IMG/VR virus record: IMGVR_UViG_2617270943_000005
Coordinates: 1-18,763 of that record
Strand: one strand, 5' to 3'
Length of the DNA stretch: 18,763 nucleotides
Source of the DNA: a virus
Lineage: Duplodnaviria > Heunggongvirae > Uroviricota > Caudoviricetes
Position 1 is the stretch's first letter; each line of letters begins with the position of its first letter. A program made the translations under genes and the position numbers. Below are positions 15,077-18,763 of this stretch, piece after piece. Under the pieces are notes generated by a model that did not search any database, was not told where the DNA came from, and saw nothing but the letters and a program-made list of their open reading frames with translations.

Positions 15077-18000
15077 TCAGAACGACCAGTTCACACCAGC
15101 CACCGCGTTCCACGGGGATTCCACACCGGCACCATGGCTATACCCCACCCCGAGATGCCCGCTTAACGAACTGCTGAATGAGGCTTTAATACCTGCCTGG
15201 TATATTCCACGTCTGCCCGACAAATCATTGACAAAATTACCGTCATTATTCACTTTCACCCGGTTATCATCGACAAATTCTTTGCGCACAGCCGCCTTCA
15301 GCCACGGCTCAACTTCCATGCCGTTCCCCAGACGCATGTTGTAACTCAGCGTTGCGCCCAGTTCACGATATATACTGCGAGTATCGACTGATTTCGATTC
15401 CATACCATTGGATAAATGATATTCGGGGTTATCAGCGGTGAACCCCGTTAAAGATGCATACGGCGTCAGGTTCCAGTTACCATCGGTAAATCGCATCCCG
15501 GTTTCAATGTGACCGCCCAGCCCGTTGCTGCGATAACTGCCGTTGGCGGCTCCACCGCTGCTCATTTTACCGGCTACGTTACTTTCAAAGCGGTTCAGCT
15601 TCACGATACCGTCCAGATAGAAACCACTTTCATGTTCCCAGCTGACATAGCCCCCCAGAGAATAACTGCCCACACTGCCATGTCCTCCACGATCAAAACC
15701 GATATGTGAATGGGAATAACCCATAAAAGCGCCCAGCGTCGCAATCCCCTCAGGAATACCATTACGGCTATCGATCCCCACCGTCATTCCGGTCAGCGTC
15801 TGCTCAAACCCGGCACCCGCATCGGTGGTGACATTATTACGGGTGTTATACGTCGTCCCCCAGACATTATTGTTGTGTGGACTCGCTTTCATTATGTTCA
15901 ACCGCTCGCGAATACTGTTTAGCTCAGCATCAAAGACCAACGGTAATGTTGCTGCCATATTGAGTACGGCTGCCGTAGAAGGCGTGATGCGTTTCTCCGG
16001 GACGGGTGTCGGCGTTGGATCGGGAGTCGGGTCTGGTTTCGGATCCGGTTTTGGGTCTGGTTTTGGATCCGGTTTCGGATTTGGGTTGGGGTCCGGGTTG
16101 GGTTTGACATCATTGGTCAGGTTCCAGTTGCTGTTGCCGTCGCTTTTCAGGACATACTCATAGGTCCCAAGATCAACGAAACCGCCGGTATTACCCAGCG
16201 TAAACGAAGCATCCCCTCCCCCTGTTTTCACCAGCGTCATCGCGTCGTCAGACTGAGGGCTGACGCCGGTATCCTGAACAAAGATTTTAAAATTGCCAGT
16301 GGCGTTGTTGTTGACGACCAGTTGATCGCCCCGGGAGCCTGCAACGTTGGTATGCAGGTAGAAATTACCGCTGCCGGAAAGTTCACTGGTGGTCAGCGTA
16401 TTGTAGATACCGTTAGTTGTGGCAGGCGCTGCTGTTTGTGCTGATAAATAAACATCACCGTCGTTGAGGAGCAAACTGTTTACTCTATATTCGCAGTTGC
16501 TGGTGCCTGCACAGGAATTATTGCTGTTAAGCCAGACACTGCCCCGGCTGGCAGCCGTCAGGTCGGCAAGCGTCGTATCGACGCCATTTCCGATAGTTAA
16601 TGTCGCGCTATCGGTAATCCGGACCACCCCTTCAAGTTTAACTGGCGTAACATTATCCCGTGGCGTCATTAACGACAGGCTTCCTGTCGCGCCACTGACC
16701 GATGCATCCGCCAGCGTACCTGCGTAGACGATTGCCGTCCCGCCAGCGACCTGTAGATCTTCTGCCCGGGCCAGAGCCTGAAACTCATCTTTTGACCGAC
16801 CAAGGGTATATTGCCCACCGGAATTAACCTTTGTGGCGAAGTCCTGACCCAGGTTTTGCATTGCCCCACCGTTGCCAACCGTGGAATCGCGAGCTTCGGT
16901 ACCTGCTAATACCAATAAATTACCGCCATTTTCCAGCAGCACATTGGTCGCTAAATTTCCGGCAATGGAAAAGGTGCCGTACTGGTGAGTACCGCTGATT
17001 TCAATACCGTTAGCCGTGCTCGTCTGGAGAGCGGCACCGCTGTTCTGGATGATATCTGTCGCTTTGCCATTATCGTTGACTGTCAGCGTACCGCCTTCAT
17101 TAATCGTTGTTTTTACTGCCTCACCGTTAGCCGAAACTGTTTGTATTCCGCCGTCGTTAATCGTTGTCTCATTCGCCACACCCTCGACGATTTGTTCACC
17201 GCCGGTAAGCATCGTGCCAGTCGCAGTGGCTTTTGTTTTGACGATCTCCCGTCCGCCCGCATTGACCTGTGTTTTGGCGGAAGTGGTGTCTGACTCCACG
17301 GTTAACACGCCGCCATTTGCCAGCAGGATATTGTTCGCCGCATCCTGCTCGATGCTGAACGCGACGCCATCAGCGCGTGTCCCTGTGACCCGCGTCGCCC
17401 TGGTGGTTGCCACCAACGCGCCCTGGCTACTCTGCTGTATCCCCGTAGCGCTGCCTTTCTCCCGCACATCGAGTGTGCCGCCGTCATTAAGTACCGAGTT
17501 TTCAGCCAGACCGCCCTCATTAACTACCTGTGAACCGCCATTAATAATGGAACCTTCCGCTGTCCCGTTTGCCATAATTTGTTGTAGGCCAGAGGCGATA
17601 TCGGTATTGATCGCCTTACCATAATTCTGAACGGTTTGCGTGCCGCCTTTGATGTGCGTTTTATCTGTTGACCCACCATCAACAATTTGTTCACCACTTT
17701 CGATATTTGCCTCAGTGGCTAAACCATATACCGTTTGCTTGCCACCTTTGATATTTGCTTTATCAGAAGTGGCACTGGCATATATTGTTTGGGTGCCCGC
17801 ACTATTGAGTACAGTGCCAACATCTTTTCCATAAACATCCATTTTGCCGTTGGCATTAATAATCGTATCAACTGCCCGGGAACCAGTAACGACTGTTAAT
17901 GAGCCAGCGTTTTCCAGCACTACATTTTTAGCTTCTGAATTCCTGATGTAGAAAGCATCACCATAACTGTTGGTTCCTTCGATAAGTGTTCCGGAAGTCG

Positions 18001-18763
18001 TGGAAGCAATTAATGCGCCGCCGGATTGTTGCTCAACATGCTTAGCCTCACCACCGTCCTGAACCTCCAGAACGCCACCATTATTAAGTCTGGTGGTATC
18101 TGTTTTAGCCTCCTTCTGGACAATCAGCTTACCGCCAGCATCAACGGTAGTATTTTTCGCCGTGGTTTTAGCCACTACCGTCAGTTCGCCGGTATTTTCC
18201 AGCACAACATAATTAGCCTCCCCTCCGGTAATAGTGAAGTGAGAGAGCTTGTTGTATCCTTCAATATCAGTCCCTGCGCCCGTGTTGGCAACTAAAGCAC
18301 TGCCCGTCTCCTGGTTAACCCCATGTGCGATACCACCGGTATAGACAATCAGCGAGCCTCCGGTGCTAATATTGCTGCCAGTTGCCGTACCATCTTTCTC
18401 AACAACCTGCCGGCTCCCGGAGGAGATATTTGTCGTGTCAGCTTTCCCGCCGCTCTTGATATTTTGTGTTCCGCTGTTGATATTGGTTCCCGTGGCAATA
18501 CCATGATTATTTATATTCTGTGTGCCACCATTAATGATGGTATTTGTCGCGTTTCCGGCAACATCCATAACGCCGCCATTATCTATTCGGGTCGCATCAG
18601 CTTTAGCATTCGTTAAAACTGACATTGTTCCGTTATCTTTAATAATCGTCTTATTTGCCGAACCATATACGTCTAAATGACCACCGTTTTCCAGCAACAC
18701 ATTGTCTGCCACGTTATTGTGAATAGAGAATGCCCCTTCACTATTCGTACCGCTCACCGTCGA
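15077..18763 (-). CDS. Autotransporter adhesin (AIDA-I/Ag43-type; YpjA-like by position), partial; N-terminus beyond window
   Basis: ORF open to the window end. Repetitive passenger with G/N/T-rich beta-helix-like repeats, a Pro-rich linker (PNPDPNPNPKPDPKPDP...) and a C-terminal beta-barrel ending ...GVNWSF (terminal aromatic). Confidence 0.85.
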   Translation of the reverse strand, partial: STVSGTNSEGAFSIHNNVADNVLLENGGHLDVYGSANKTIIKDNGTMSVLTNAKADATRIDNGGVMDVAGNATNTIINGGTQNINNHGIATGTNINSGTQNIKSGGKADTTNISSGSRQVVEKDGTATGSNISTGGSLIVYTGGIAHGVNQETGSALVANTGAGTDIEGYNKLSHFTITGGEANYVVLENTGELTVVAKTTAKNTTVDAGGKLIVQKEAKTDTTRLNNGGVLEVQDGGEAKHVEQQSGGALIASTTSGTLIEGTNSYGDAFYIRNSEAKNVVLENAGSLTVVTGSRAVDTIINANGKMDVYGKDVGTVLNSAGTQTIYASATSDKANIKGGKQTVYGLATEANIESGEQIVDGGSTDKTHIKGGTQTVQNYGKAINTDIASGLQQIMANGTAEGSIINGGSQVVNEGGLAENSVLNDGGTLDVREKGSATGIQQSSQGALVATTRATRVTGTRADGVAFSIEQDAANNILLANGGVLTVESDTTSAKTQVNAGGREIVKTKATATGTMLTGGEQIVEGVANETTINDGGIQTVSANGEAVKTTINEGGTLTVNDNGKATDIIQNSGAALQTSTANGIEISGTHQYGTFSIAGNLATNVLLENGGNLLVLAGTEARDSTVGNGGAMQNLGQDFATKVNSGGQYTLGRSKDEFQALARAEDLQVAGGTAIVYAGTLADASVSGATGSLSLMTPRDNVTPVKLEGVVRITDSATLTIGNGVDTTLADLTAASRGSVWLNSNNSCAGTSNCEYRVNSLLLNDGDVYLSAQTAAPATTNGIYNTLTTSELSGSGNFYLHTNVAGSRGDQLVVNNNATGNFKIFVQDTGVSPQSDDAMTLVKTGGGDASFTLGNTGGFVDLGTYEYVLKSDGNSNWNLTNDVKPNPDPNPNPKPDPKPDPKPDPKPDPTPDPTPTPVPEKRITPSTAAVLNMAATLPLVFDAELNSIRERLNIMKASPHNNNVWGTTYNTRNNVTTDAGAGFEQTLTGMTVGIDSRNGIPEGIATLGAFMGYSHSHIGFDRGGHGSVGSYSLGGYVSWEHESGFYLDGIVKLNRFESNVAGKMSSGGAANGSYRSNGLGGHIETGMRFTDGNWNLTPYASLTGFTADNPEYHLSNGMESKSVDTRSIYRELGATLSYNMRLGNGMEVEPWLKAAVRKEFVDDNRVKVNNDGNFVNDLSGRRGIYQAGIKASFSSSLSGHLGVGYSHGAGVESPWNAVAGVNWSF
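16000..16105. repeat. Tandem 12-nt repeats encoding the (K/T)PDP linker of the autotransporter
   Basis: GGATCCGGTTTT / GGGTCTGGTTTT / GGATCCGGTTTC-type units; the other frames give artefactual GSGFGSG and RIRNQT ORFs. Confidence 0.6.

Noticed and set aside
15825-16163. ORFs translating to GSGFGSGFG (plus strand) and RIRNQTQNRIR (minus strand, 15919..16113)
   Set aside because: Alternative-frame artefacts of the 12-nt tandem repeat that encodes the Pro-rich linker of the autotransporter.
17016-17624. 202-aa plus-strand ORF and other ORFs (15057..15344, 15509..15922, 16464..16878, 16985..17293, 17302..17520, 17640..17834, 18026..18616) inside the autotransporter gene
   Set aside because: All lie within, or antisense to, the continuous 1226-aa-plus autotransporter reading frame; low-complexity translations.
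1-18763. CRISPR arrays, rRNA or tRNA genes, IS elements
   Set aside because: No regularly spaced direct repeats, no terminal inverted repeats flanking a transposase-like ORF, and no tRNA-like structure other than the tmRNA were seen.

Overview
This window is an Escherichia-type smpB-ssrA locus (complete smpB 1..483, tmRNA gene 698..1060) followed by a roughly 13.8 kb degenerate P2/186-family prophage, then a large autotransporter adhesin gene on the minus strand that runs off the window end. The prophage is bounded by a 38-bp direct repeat of the ssrA 3' end (1016..1053 and 14884..14921). It keeps the lysogeny/early module (int, cI, apl/cox-like, cII, small ORFs, TraR/DksA-like zinc finger, Dam methyltransferase, PAPS-reductase-like protein, replication endonuclease A) but has lost the late genes apart from a 3' fragment of the portal gene. 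Three AT-rich cargo blocks sit inside it. (1) A retron that I recognise from memory as retron Ec86 / Retron-Eco1: NDT-like effector, msr-msd ncRNA and a 320-aa reverse transcriptase, all on the minus strand between a cos-like motif and the portal fragment. (2) A 303-aa ORF of unknown function with its own promoter, in the position where P2 carries old/tin; its N-terminus resembles an N-terminal-nucleophile (HslV/proteasome-like) hydrolase. This is my best candidate for an undescribed defence gene. (3) A 412-aa RES-domain-like protein between int and the right repeat. A near-consensus LexA box sits upstream of a 62-aa ORF downstream of gene A, consistent with a Tum-like SOS-inducible antirepressor. 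All family assignments come from reading the translations and from recalled motifs; no database search was run.
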